A stretch of DNA of 38,150 bases from Candidatus Sifarchaeum subterraneum (GTDB taxonomy: Archaea > Asgardarchaeota > Sifarchaeia > Sifarchaeales > Sifarchaeaceae): contig JAECRX010000097.1 in the NCBI GenBank assembly GCA_016292335.1, positions 1-38,150 of the forward strand, given 5' to 3'. Under the pieces are notes generated by a model. The model did no database searches and was not told the origin of the DNA. It worked only from the letters and a program-made list of their open reading frames with translations. Positions within the stretch are counted from its first letter, which is position 1. Each line of letters opens with the position of its first letter. This document shows, one piece after another, positions 17,933 to 26,193 of the stretch. Both the position numbers and the translations under genes were made by a program.

Positions 17933-18070
17933 TGGCGGGCCCGACGGGATTTGAACCCGCGAAACAGCCATCCAGTATACGGTTACTGGCAGTTTACTGG
18001 CTCCGCAGGCCAGCGCCTTATCATGGTTAACGTAAAGCCCGGCTAACTATCCTGGCTAGGCCACGGGCCC
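17933..18070 (-). tRNA. tRNA-Arg (anticodon GCG) with two non-canonical introns (D-loop and variable/T-arm junction), CCA encoded
   Basis: The reverse complement reads GGGCCCG-TG-GCCT-AGCCAGGATA[about 29 nt]AGGC-G-CTGGC-CTGCGGA-GCCAG-[36 nt, of which about 5 are the variable loop]-GCGGG-TTCAAAT-CCCGT-CGGGCCC-G-CCA. The exons sum to a 75-nt cloverleaf plus CCA. Exact splice points are not fixed by eye. Confidence 0.75.
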
Positions 18071-18264
18071 AGATAATCTATTATTTCAGACTTCTAATAA
18101 AATATTTTCTTTTTTCGTAACTTTAAGTTTTTTGCGGGTAAATTGATGTCTATCCATATCTATATTTTCATAAAGACACATTCTTCGAATAAGCAGATTA
18201 CTTTAAGTCCCTAAGTTATTTACAAAAAGTCAACTAAAATTCTCATAACCACATAAATTAATAG

Positions 18265-18984
18265 TTACGAAAAATATTCTGAGAGACGTGGAGGTACCTG
18301 AGCATTTATTATCTTTATTTCTCCTAAATAGGTGGTAAAATTCATTAAAAAAGAGTTTAATTGGAAAAAAGGTACGATTGGAACCTTTTTATAAATTTTT
18401 ATTTCTTCCAAAAGCCAAGTGCAGAGCAACGGAATGATTTTGACTTCTCCCTCCCATTCATCTAAAATATTGCTCAATTCACCAATTTTTTCCTTAATCA
18501 TCTTTGTACGTTCTATTTGTTTTTCTACAGCTTTTTTTAAGGCGGCTATTTTTCCCCTTCTGATATTCCAGTGTTTGCAGTCAATACATATTAAAAATGG
18601 CTTTTTTTCCCCTAAAACATCTATTTCCCATAACCTTCCTTTTTTCTTTCTAAAACGAAAATTTGTCCAAACTCTGAATCCATTTGTTTCTAGAACTCTT
18701 TTTGTGAGTCCTTCAAATTCTTTCCAAGAGAGTAAGCTAATGGTCGTTTCAATATTACCTCCAAGTTCTATGAATTGTTTTGCAAGACTTATCCTCTGAA
18801 ATTCAAGATCTTCTTGTAGAAAAAGATGCTTAAAAATGCCGTATTTTTCTAAATTCTCAAAAAATGTTTCAAAGCATATTTCATGTTCTTTTAAAAACTT
18901 ATTTAGAGAACAATCTCTGTTTTCCTTTGATTTTTTTAAAAAATCGAAAATTATTTCTTTTAGGCTAACAAGATTACCTGACAA
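18265..18984 (-). CDS. PD-(D/E)xK restriction-endonuclease-fold (Mrr_cat-like) protein
   Basis: 239 aa. The core SWKEFEGLTKRVLETNGF ... WEIDVLGEKKPFLICIDCKHW fits a D..(D/E)xK nuclease motif. It is divergent from hef. Confidence 0.5.
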   Translation of the reverse strand: MSGNLVSLKEIIFDFLKKSKENRDCSLNKFLKEHEICFETFFENLEKYGIFKHLFLQEDLEFQRISLAKQFIELGGNIETTISLLSWKEFEGLTKRVLETNGFRVWTNFRFRKKKGRLWEIDVLGEKKPFLICIDCKHWNIRRGKIAALKKAVEKQIERTKMIKEKIGELSNILDEWEGEVKIIPLLCTWLLEEIKIYKKVPIVPFFQLNSFLMNFTTYLGEIKIINAQVPPRLSEYFS

Positions 18985-19225
18985 TTTTGAGAGTACTCCA
19001 GATTATTAAATCAAGCGAGATTTGAGTGGGTAAATCAATAATTCACTCTTGGATTTAGATCGGATGAAGAAAGGGAAGGAAGACAAAAGCCGTATTTAGA
19101 TAATTTAATTGTTGATAATTTTATACTTTTTTCTTCGAGGATATACTTAGAATTACATCGAAATCCGCATACTATGTTACGAGTGCGAATACATGAAAAA
19201 GAAAATAAAGTTGAATATAAAATGA

Positions 19226-19360
19226 ATCATGTAATAACGGAATACTATGAACATACCGTTCATAGTACGTTCTTGTGCATGAGACGAACCGTCAATGAGA
19301 GTCCGACGCTTAAGACGGTTTTCGGATGACTCGCAGGGGACGAGAATTGTCTTAAAAGAC
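19226..19360 (+). repeat. Conserved structured element H, copy 1 (immediately 5' of hef)
   Basis: It aligns with 23393-29. Shared runs are taataacggaat, tgcatg, atgagagtcc and acgctt. Internal hairpins are kept with different stems (actatgaac/gttcatagt here). Confidence 0.45.
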
Positions 19361-19363
19361 AAA

Positions 19364-21679
19364 ATGATGTCTGACAAAATGATATTTGATAAAATGATGG
19401 CTATAGAGCCAAGAATTTATCAACAGACAATATTTGGGTCTTGTATTAAAGGAAATTGTCTAGTTGTATTACCTACAGGCTTAGGTAAAACAATTATTGC
19501 TGCAATGGTTGCCGCATATAGAATAAAAAAATTTCCTGGATCTAAATGTATTTTTTTAGCACCTACAAGACCATTGGTAAATCAACATTATCAAACTTTT
19601 CTTTCTACCTTAAATCTTTCTGAAGACGAATTTGGAATTTTGACTGGGATGGTTGAACCTGAAAAAAGACGAAAAGTTTGGAAAAACTCCAAAATCATTT
19701 TTTGCACTCCACAGATTTTGGAAAACGACATAATCGCCTCAAGATGTGATTTAAAAAATGTTTCTATAATTATTTTCGATGAATGTCATAGAGCCGTTGG
19801 AAATTATTCTTATGTTTTTATTGCAGAAAGATATATGGTTTTAGCTGAAAACAAGCTTATACTTGGACTCACTGCATCCCCTGGTCATGATAGAGAAAAA
19901 ATAGAGGAAATTTGTAGGAACCTTTTTATTGAGAAAATAGAAATTAGAACAGAATCAAACAAGGATGTAAAACCCTATATAAATCCCCTAGAAATTGAAT
20001 GGAGAGTAGTCCCTCTTCCTGAGAGTTTCAAAAGAGTCAAGAAAAACTTGGAAAAATTATTGAAAGACAGGATTAGTTATCTTAAAAGCCAAGATTATCT
20101 TGAAACAGAAAATTTGAGAAAAATCTCCAGAACTACTCTATTGGAGGTTCAGAAAAAGATTCGAGCAGACATGAATAGTATAACTCCAGTTCCACCAACA
20201 ATGTATACAGCTATTGCAAATGTTGCATCATCTATTAGACTCTCATATCTCCTTGAGCTTCTCGAAACACAGGGACTTAGCCCTGTTAAAGAATATTTCG
20301 ATAGGCTTAGAGTTAAAGCTTTTAAAAGAGGAGCATCTAAAGCTTTAAAGGATTTTTTCAAGCATAATTTAGTTATTGAAACTATAAAGCTTGTAAATGA
20401 ACTTTTAGATCAGGGGATAACACATCCAAAGATTTGTGAAGTAGAAAACATAATAACAGATCAATTAATAAGAAACCCTGAATCTAGAATATTAGTTTTT
20501 ACACATTTCAGGGATTCGGCTAAAAAAGTTTCAGAAATTTTGAATCAAAATGAAAAGATTAGTGCCACGAGATTTGTTGGACAGGGGAGTAGGATTGGCG
20601 ATAAAGGTCTTTCGCAAAAACAGCAGATAGAAATCCTTGAAAAATTTAGAGATGGGGAATATAATACTCTAATAGCCACAAGTGTTGCAGAAGAAGGATT
20701 GGATATCAGTGAAGTTAATCTTGTTGTCTTTTATGATTGTGTACCCTCTGCTATCAGAAACATTCAAAGGAGAGGTAGAACCGGCAGAAAAAGACCTGGA
20801 AGAGTTGTCATTTTGATAGGAAAAGGAACTAGAGATGAGGGATACTATTATGCTTCAAAAAATAGGGAAAAAAGTATGAAAATGATAATGAAGGAACTGA
20901 AAGATATTTCTTTTGAGTTTGATAAGAAAAAACATCAGGATATGGAAAAAAAGCTTGAATATTTCTTTGAAAAGCCAAATGAGATAAAGGAAACAAAGCC
21001 TTTAGAACGTGAATGTCACGAAGAAAAGATTTCTATTGTCGTTGATAACCGAGAATTTATGTCAAATGTCGTAAGGGAACTTTCTCGGATAGGAGCTCTC
21101 GAAATTGTTCCGGAACAATTACAAATAGGCGATTATGTTCTTTCTTCCAGAGTTTGTATTGAAAGAAAAACAGTCAAAGATTTCTTAACCTCTTTGGCCG
21201 ATGGCAAACTGTTTGACCAAGCAAAAAAATTGGTGAATAATTATGAAAAACCTTTAATTATCCTTGAAGGCGAAGGACTCTATAGTGAAACTGGCATTCA
21301 TCCAGATGCAGTTCGTGGAGCACTAGCTAGCTTAACAATTGACTTTGGTATCCCCATCTTAAATACAAGAAACTATCTTGACACTTCAAAACTTCTCATT
21401 TTGATCGCAAAAAGAGAACAACTAGAAAAAGAGAAAAAAATTACAATAAGAAAAGATAAACGAACCACCTCACTCAAAGAAATCCAAGAATTTTTTATTT
21501 CAGGTCTTCCTGGAATAAATATTACTCTTGCAAAAAGGATTTTAGGGGAATTTAGCACAATTGAAAATTTTATAAATACAGATAAAGAAAAATTAAAAGA
21601 GATAAAGGGAATAGGAGAAACAACTGCAGAAAAGATCAAAAAAATTGTTAAAAGCGAATATGAATTAGATGACGAATAA
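19364..21679 (+). CDS. hef: Hef helicase/XPF-family nuclease (FANCM/Hef-like, full length)
   Basis: I prefer the start at ATGATG 19364; the track start 19295 runs through element H. SF2 helicase motifs are PTGLGKT, DECH and TASPG. The ERCC4 nuclease motif is GDYV..ERKTVKDF. The C-terminus has HhH2 (GIGETTAEKI). Confidence 0.9.
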   Translation: MMSDKMIFDKMMAIEPRIYQQTIFGSCIKGNCLVVLPTGLGKTIIAAMVAAYRIKKFPGSKCIFLAPTRPLVNQHYQTFLSTLNLSEDEFGILTGMVEPEKRRKVWKNSKIIFCTPQILENDIIASRCDLKNVSIIIFDECHRAVGNYSYVFIAERYMVLAENKLILGLTASPGHDREKIEEICRNLFIEKIEIRTESNKDVKPYINPLEIEWRVVPLPESFKRVKKNLEKLLKDRISYLKSQDYLETENLRKISRTTLLEVQKKIRADMNSITPVPPTMYTAIANVASSIRLSYLLELLETQGLSPVKEYFDRLRVKAFKRGASKALKDFFKHNLVIETIKLVNELLDQGITHPKICEVENIITDQLIRNPESRILVFTHFRDSAKKVSEILNQNEKISATRFVGQGSRIGDKGLSQKQQIEILEKFRDGEYNTLIATSVAEEGLDISEVNLVVFYDCVPSAIRNIQRRGRTGRKRPGRVVILIGKGTRDEGYYYASKNREKSMKMIMKELKDISFEFDKKKHQDMEKKLEYFFEKPNEIKETKPLERECHEEKISIVVDNREFMSNVVRELSRIGALEIVPEQLQIGDYVLSSRVCIERKTVKDFLTSLADGKLFDQAKKLVNNYEKPLIILEGEGLYSETGIHPDAVRGALASLTIDFGIPILNTRNYLDTSKLLILIAKREQLEKEKKITIRKDKRTTSLKEIQEFFISGLPGINITLAKRILGEFSTIENFINTDKEKLKEIKGIGETTAEKIKKIVKSEYELDDE

Positions 21680-22216
21680 TTAATTTGCCGATAAATCAGA
21701 AAATGATTTATCAACCCAATCTTTGAGTTCTTTTACTACTTCTTCTAACTTATCTAAGATAATTACTAATTCTTCAATATTTCTTTCCTTTTTCTCTTCT
21801 GTTGGTATTAATTCTTCTCTTTCGAAATCTTTCTCTATGTCCTCCCTTTCTTCTGTTTCAAGAGGTGTTTCTTTCGTGATTTTAATAATTAATGCTTGAT
21901 TTCGATCAAAGATACTCATAAGAAATTGTTTAAGTAATGGATCTGGAGAAATTTGATCAACTTCTTTTAACATTTCTTTCAGAGCTTTTTTGATGTTTGC
22001 AACGATATTGGGATCATAAGCCAATGTTCTCTCAGTAAAAATATGCCTTAGATCCATAACAAGTCCTTCAGGATCCTTTTTACTATGACTTTTTGCTAAT
22101 CCTATTTTTATTCTGTTTTTTTCTAGATCCTTAAGGAAGAAATTGAATGTCTTTCCGGGAATTTTTTCCTCAAAGTCAAAATCTGCTTTTACAACTTTTG
22201 GTGATTTTTTAGCCAA
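21680..22216 (-). CDS. Hypothetical acidic protein
   Basis: 178 aa with a TTG start and coding-like charged helical composition. Its stop codon abuts the hef stop. No family was recognised. Confidence 0.45.
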   Translation of the reverse strand: MAKKSPKVVKADFDFEEKIPGKTFNFFLKDLEKNRIKIGLAKSHSKKDPEGLVMDLRHIFTERTLAYDPNIVANIKKALKEMLKEVDQISPDPLLKQFLMSIFDRNQALIIKITKETPLETEEREDIEKDFEREELIPTEEKKERNIEELVIILDKLEEVVKELKDWVDKSFSDLSAN

Positions 22217-22715
22217 TTATAATGTCTCCCTATGTTATTATTTGACATATCCTAATCTTTATTTTTAAATCCATTTCGATTCGGATAATGATATCTTGAG
22301 GCTTCCTCTCAGGCGGAAGAGTCAAATGGTGGAACTTTAAAATCTTGTAAATGGTAGAATCACCTACGTAAAATCCAAATTTCCAAACTTATCTGTTTAT
22401 CCTTGTTTTCCCCAAATTTGGGTGCGAATCCTTAATTACTAGGTCTGTAGCCTCTAGTTGAGTGGTAACCACACTATTTCGGCCTCTTCTGGACTTTTTT
22501 CCCTTTCCTAGCGAAACAGATATATACTTGCGAGAATCACTTCCCTTGAGTGGTTCCTTCCTTTATTCCTGTCGAGTTCATACCACTACAGAAGAAGAAC
22601 TACTCTTTTTAACCTTTCTTTATTTTCCAAACGAAAAATCTCTATATAAAAAAGTAAGCAATAGAGAAGTAGATTAATACCTTTAGTCACAAAAACTTAC
22701 CTGAGGAAAATCTTT

Positions 22716-23039
22716 TTGAGCAACATACAAGAAGATGCTGCAAAAATATACGAAGCCTTAGAAAACGAGTTGGAGAAGCTAAAAAAAACATTGGATGAAC
22801 ATAAGAAAGTTTGGATATTGCAATCGGTCTTGTATAAGGGATTACAACTTGCAAAACAGTTAAAAGTACTAATAAAAGACTCAAAATGCCAAATAATCGA
22901 GGAGAAATTTAAACGCCTTCATTACAAATATTCTGAACAGGCAGATGTTTCTGCTCCTTGGAAAATTGATAAGATAAAAGATGAAGTATTCGAATTGGTT
23001 TTCGAACTGATGGAAATTTATAAGGCTGCAAATATTTGA
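22716..23039 (+). CDS. Hypothetical helical protein
   Basis: 107 aa with a TTG start and a helical, charged sequence. No family was recognised. The overlapping minus-strand ORFs look less protein-like. Confidence 0.35.
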   Translation: MSNIQEDAAKIYEALENELEKLKKTLDEHKKVWILQSVLYKGLQLAKQLKVLIKDSKCQIIEEKFKRLHYKYSEQADVSAPWKIDKIKDEVFELVFELMEIYKAANI

Positions 23040-23392
23040 TTTAACAAGGAAAAAATGTCTATCAAGAATCCCATGATTTTGTTCATGAGATTGTTTAATG
23101 TGTATGTATTGCACTTGTTTTTTCTTTAAGTATATGTTAAAGGGGTTCTGTAAAACCATTTTTTTATTTGTATCTTCGCTATCATCTATATATTATTAAC
23201 AAGCTGGCAAACCACTTTCAAGATCAAAATCCAGAATCCTGATTTTGAATCCAACAAAAGAGTGCGGGAGAAGAATCCGAGTTTGTGTGGCAAATAAATA
23301 GATTTTTAATACAAAAGATGAGCTAAAACGCGCGATATCCTCCTTTGTGGTCCAACAACCCTTCCACCTCCATTTGTACAGTTATTTGTGTC

Positions 23393-23529
23393 CATGCTTA
23401 TAATAACGGAATGCTGCGCGTATATCACTCGTATAACGTTTTTATGCATGGAAAGAACCATCGATGAGAGTCCAACGCTTGAGATAGTCCATTATGAGTC
23501 ATAAAGGACGATAAATGTTATAAACAACT
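23393..23529 (+). repeat. Conserved structured element H, copy 2 (immediately 5' of the AK6/Fap7-like gene)
   Basis: See copy 1. The second hairpin here is cgt-ata...tat-a-acg. The terminal hairpin is gtc-ataaag-gac, versus ctcg-cagggga-cgag in copy 1. Confidence 0.45.
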
Positions 23530-23548
23530 CTTGAAACTAGTCCTACTC

Positions 23549-24076
23549 ATGAAAGAAAGGCATGATCAAGAGAGAGTGATTTTAATAACAGGAGCACCCT
23601 GTACTGGAAAAACAACCATTGCTAAGATCATAGCAAAAGAACTTAGGATTAAACACATAAACATAGGAAAAAAAGTTATTGACGAAAATCTTTATCTTGG
23701 ATACGATTATAAACGAATGTCTTTTATAGCCGACAACGAAAAACTAATTGAATCGTTAGTGGCCGAAATTAAAAGAACAGGATACTTGATAATCATTGAA
23801 GGTCATTACGCAGATATTGTACCAGATCAATTTGTTAAAAAAGCTATTGTTCTACGAACGGACATAAACGAATTAATTAGAAGAATGAAAGGTAAAAAAT
23901 ATCCTGAGAAGAAAATTGAGGAAAATATTACTGCAGAAATAATGGAAATACCCTTACAAAATTGTCTGGAATCCTATGGGAAAGATAAGATCTTTGAGAT
24001 CGATACTACTATGAAAAGCGCCAAAGAGATTGCCAATTTAATTTTAGATCTTCTTTTTAGAGAGAATTGTTTGTGA
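23549..24076 (+). CDS. Adenylate kinase isoenzyme 6 / Fap7-like NTPase
   Basis: I prefer the ATG at 23549, in frame with the TTG at 23531. The P-loop is ILITGAPCTGKTT. Size is about 175 aa. IIIEGHYADIV and VLRTD..L..R fit the AK6/Fap7 layout. Confidence 0.7.
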   Translation: MKERHDQERVILITGAPCTGKTTIAKIIAKELRIKHINIGKKVIDENLYLGYDYKRMSFIADNEKLIESLVAEIKRTGYLIIIEGHYADIVPDQFVKKAIVLRTDINELIRRMKGKKYPEKKIEENITAEIMEIPLQNCLESYGKDKIFEIDTTMKSAKEIANLILDLLFRENCL

Positions 24077-24213
24077 ACTACTCACCTGCTAGTAAGTGTT
24101 TTTCTCTGTAAAGCTTTGGTTAAAATCGTATATATTCAAATTCATTTTCCAATAAATGTCTAGATTTTTTTTGGTAGATTTTCTACAAAAAACGATAAAG
24201 AATGTGAAAAATA

Positions 24214-24291
24214 TCCTCACCATGCTAAACAGCTAAATTTAGCATCTACCTCGCAAGAAGCCCCCATGCGCAAGCGTGGGGAAGAATTGCG
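24214..24291 (+). repeat. GC-island element, short copy D1
   Basis: It has cctcaccatgct (compare B caccatgctcac) and hairpin atgct/agcat. Hairpin cccca-tgcgcaagcg-tgggg is followed by aagaattgcg and then a T6 run. Confidence 0.35.
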
Positions 24292-24389
24292 TTTTTTCAA
24301 GGTTCAACAACATTTTAAAGCATCTTTTTTCAGTATACTTTTGGATTGAGCTGAGGTAACACTCGCCAATTCTTTAATTTAATCACGAT

Positions 24390-24485
24390 AAGTCAGGGCA
24401 GGAACTGCCCGTAGAGCCTGTTGGACATGCTCTATTAGGAGATGGATGAATCAGGAAGCCCCATCTGGTAGGGGGGGTAGTTCAC
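24390..24485 (+). repeat. GC-island element, short copy D2
   Basis: It has hairpins gggcag-gaa-ctgccc and agagcc..catgctc, the latter as in B. It ends in agccccatctggtagggggggtagttcac (24457-24485). Confidence 0.4.
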
Positions 24486-24859
24486 ATTTAGGATTTATGA
24501 ATCATAAAAAAGAGTGGTCAAAGTGGTCCTCTCCCTAAAACCTGTAGCGAAAAACCGGCCATTCCACACACGTTGGTTTACCCCACTTACTACTTTTCAG
24601 TTTAAAGTCATTCGCTAGGGGATATGGAGAACCACATGGCCCGTTTTACCTTGAGTTTTCCTCATCCCTGTGATTGTTTTATGTAATTTTTGATATTTCA
24701 AATATCTGGAGGCTGATCGTGGTAAAAGCGGAAAAGGGAATTCTTCAAAAAGCCAGGACTATTTGAACTCAAAGTCTTTATATTCGACAAAAAAATTTCA
24801 AAGAAAAAAACTCGAGTATCTTTCAAAAAATAAAGTGGAAAATAAAGGAGGTATAAGGT

Positions 24860-25036
24860 ATGCAAACGTGTGAATGTGGCAGAAAACTTGTTGTAGTGTT
24901 CTGTAGTGATCTTTCTAATTCTTATCCACGACCAAAATGCAGATATGAGTATATTTGCCCTAATTGTGGTGTGCAAAAAAGATTAGTAATCGAATTAGCT
25001 TCTTATGCTACTCACGAAAAAATGTATGTAATTTAA
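24860..25036 (+). CDS. Small zinc-ribbon protein (58 aa, below the ORF-track cutoff)
   Basis: The ATG is preceded by AAGGAGGT at the correct spacing. Translation is MQTCECGRKLVVVFCSDLSNSYPRPKCRYEYICPNCGVQKRLVIELASYATHEKMYVI. It has CxC ... CxxC cysteine pairs. Confidence 0.55.
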   Translation: MQTCECGRKLVVVFCSDLSNSYPRPKCRYEYICPNCGVQKRLVIELASYATHEKMYVI

Positions 25037-25497
25037 CACGGAAAAGGGGCTATAATTTTCAAAATGAATGGAACATATAAGAAGAAGCCTGTTATTGTCA
25101 AATATTCATTGAAGAAAATCACAGAACATGCATGAAAAAATGTTCAGGGGTTATATGAAAGAATAGAACTGGAGCTTGCTTTCATAAAAGGAAACAGCTA
25201 TCCAGTAAACATGATAAAACAAACCATATTTTTCGTGTCTTCTATACTCATAGATTGAGGTCATCTTTAGACCCTTCTTTAATTATCTCAGTGATTAAAT
25301 GAATAAGGAGAGTCTATGACCTCTTTTATGGCTTTTCTTTTTTATGCAAAATATGCGATATTTGTTCGTGACTTGCAAGCGAATACAAAACTATTTATTG
25401 TTTTATGAAGATATAATATCCTGCTTTCTGAACATTTTATGGTTACATTTGTTAATAAACTGTAAGAGATAATTCCCTATTTTTTGGGAGGGTTTTT

Positions 25498-26193
25498 TTG
25501 CCAGCGAAAGAACGGTCAGGATTATTAAGATGGTTTAAAGAGAGGAGAGAAGCCAAAGCTATCCAAATGACCCAAATACATTGCAGAAAAGTATATGAAA
25601 CAGTAATTGAACTTCGGAACACAATTGAATTAGCAATAGCTGGCGAGGATGAAAAAAAGGTTAGACAGAGACAAAAGATGATTTCAGATTTGGAAAGAGA
25701 AGCCGATAGAATAAGGCGAGATATCCATCAACTTTTAACAAGAGGATCAGAGTTACCATCTAGTGAGCGTTTAGATCTTGTACAACTTGTTTCCAATTTA
25801 GATTCAGTCGCTAACACAGCAAACGGTGCTGGACGACGATTGGTCATTTTGAAAGAAATTTCAAAATTCCCCCGAAAAATACTTGATGCTTTATCTGTAA
25901 TGGTCAAGGATATTATAGAATGTGTCGATTTGTTAAGAGAATGTGTTGTTAGTCTGGGAGAAGATATTAATCAAACAATAAAATATACCGATGAAATAAA
26001 TGAAAAGGAGTTCTGCGTTGATGAGGATTTACGAAATATTCTAACTCTTTTATCTCAAGAAAAGTTCTCAATTGATCCATTCACTGCAATTATATTTTTT
26101 GAATTTATCTCGTTTCTCGAAGGAATAGCGGATAGTTGTGAGGAAACCGCGGACTTTGTACGTTTAGTTTCATTAAAAATACCACCCACGTAA
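25498..26193 (+). CDS. DUF47/PhoU-like helical protein (TIGR00153-type), tentative
   Basis: 231 aa with a TTG start behind GGGAGGG. The all-helical repeat-like layout and size are typical of DUF47. No adjacent phosphate transporter. Confidence 0.45.
   Translation: MPAKERSGLLRWFKERREAKAIQMTQIHCRKVYETVIELRNTIELAIAGEDEKKVRQRQKMISDLEREADRIRRDIHQLLTRGSELPSSERLDLVQLVSNLDSVANTANGAGRRLVILKEISKFPRKILDALSVMVKDIIECVDLLRECVVSLGEDINQTIKYTDEINEKEFCVDEDLRNILTLLSQEKFSIDPFTAIIFFEFISFLEGIADSCEETADFVRLVSLKIPPT

Noticed and set aside
19286-19300. tcaATGAGAGtcc / tcGATGAGAGtcc in element H, considered as a hammerhead ribozyme CUGAUGA core.
   Set aside because: The core is one nucleotide short and lacks the CUGA context. 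No matching GAAA with the helix I/III arrangement could be drawn.
1680-21714. Antisense ORFs nested in large genes. Examples are 1680..1895, 2148..2396, 7077..7400, 8636..8899, 11891..12292, 14394..14621, 15769..16257, 18419..18799, 20149..20361 and 21373..21714, plus 29518..29718, 36331..36690 and 37468..37863 further on.
   Set aside because: Each lies opposite a confidently identified CDS and has the Ser/Leu/Phe-rich composition typical of antisense frames in AT-rich genomes.
24391-24420. gtcagggcaggaactgcccgtagagcc, considered as SRP RNA helix 8 (GUCAGG...GGAA...AGCAGC).
   Set aside because: The 3' strand lacks the conserved AGCA/GNAR features. The segment aligns instead with the repeated GC-island 3' module (agagcc..catgctc, as in copy B).
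24698-24976. The 92-aa minus-strand ORF from the track.
   Set aside because: It has no SD and a hydrophobic, low-complexity product. It is antisense to a better-supported + strand zinc-ribbon ORF with a strong SD.
25307-25400. Short ORFs behind SD-like motifs in the 25037-25497 spacer, for example a 30-aa hydrophobic peptide starting around 25316 after AAGGAGAG, and a 23-aa ORF after the zinc-ribbon gene.
   Set aside because: They are too short to support from sequence alone, and no recognisable motif is present.
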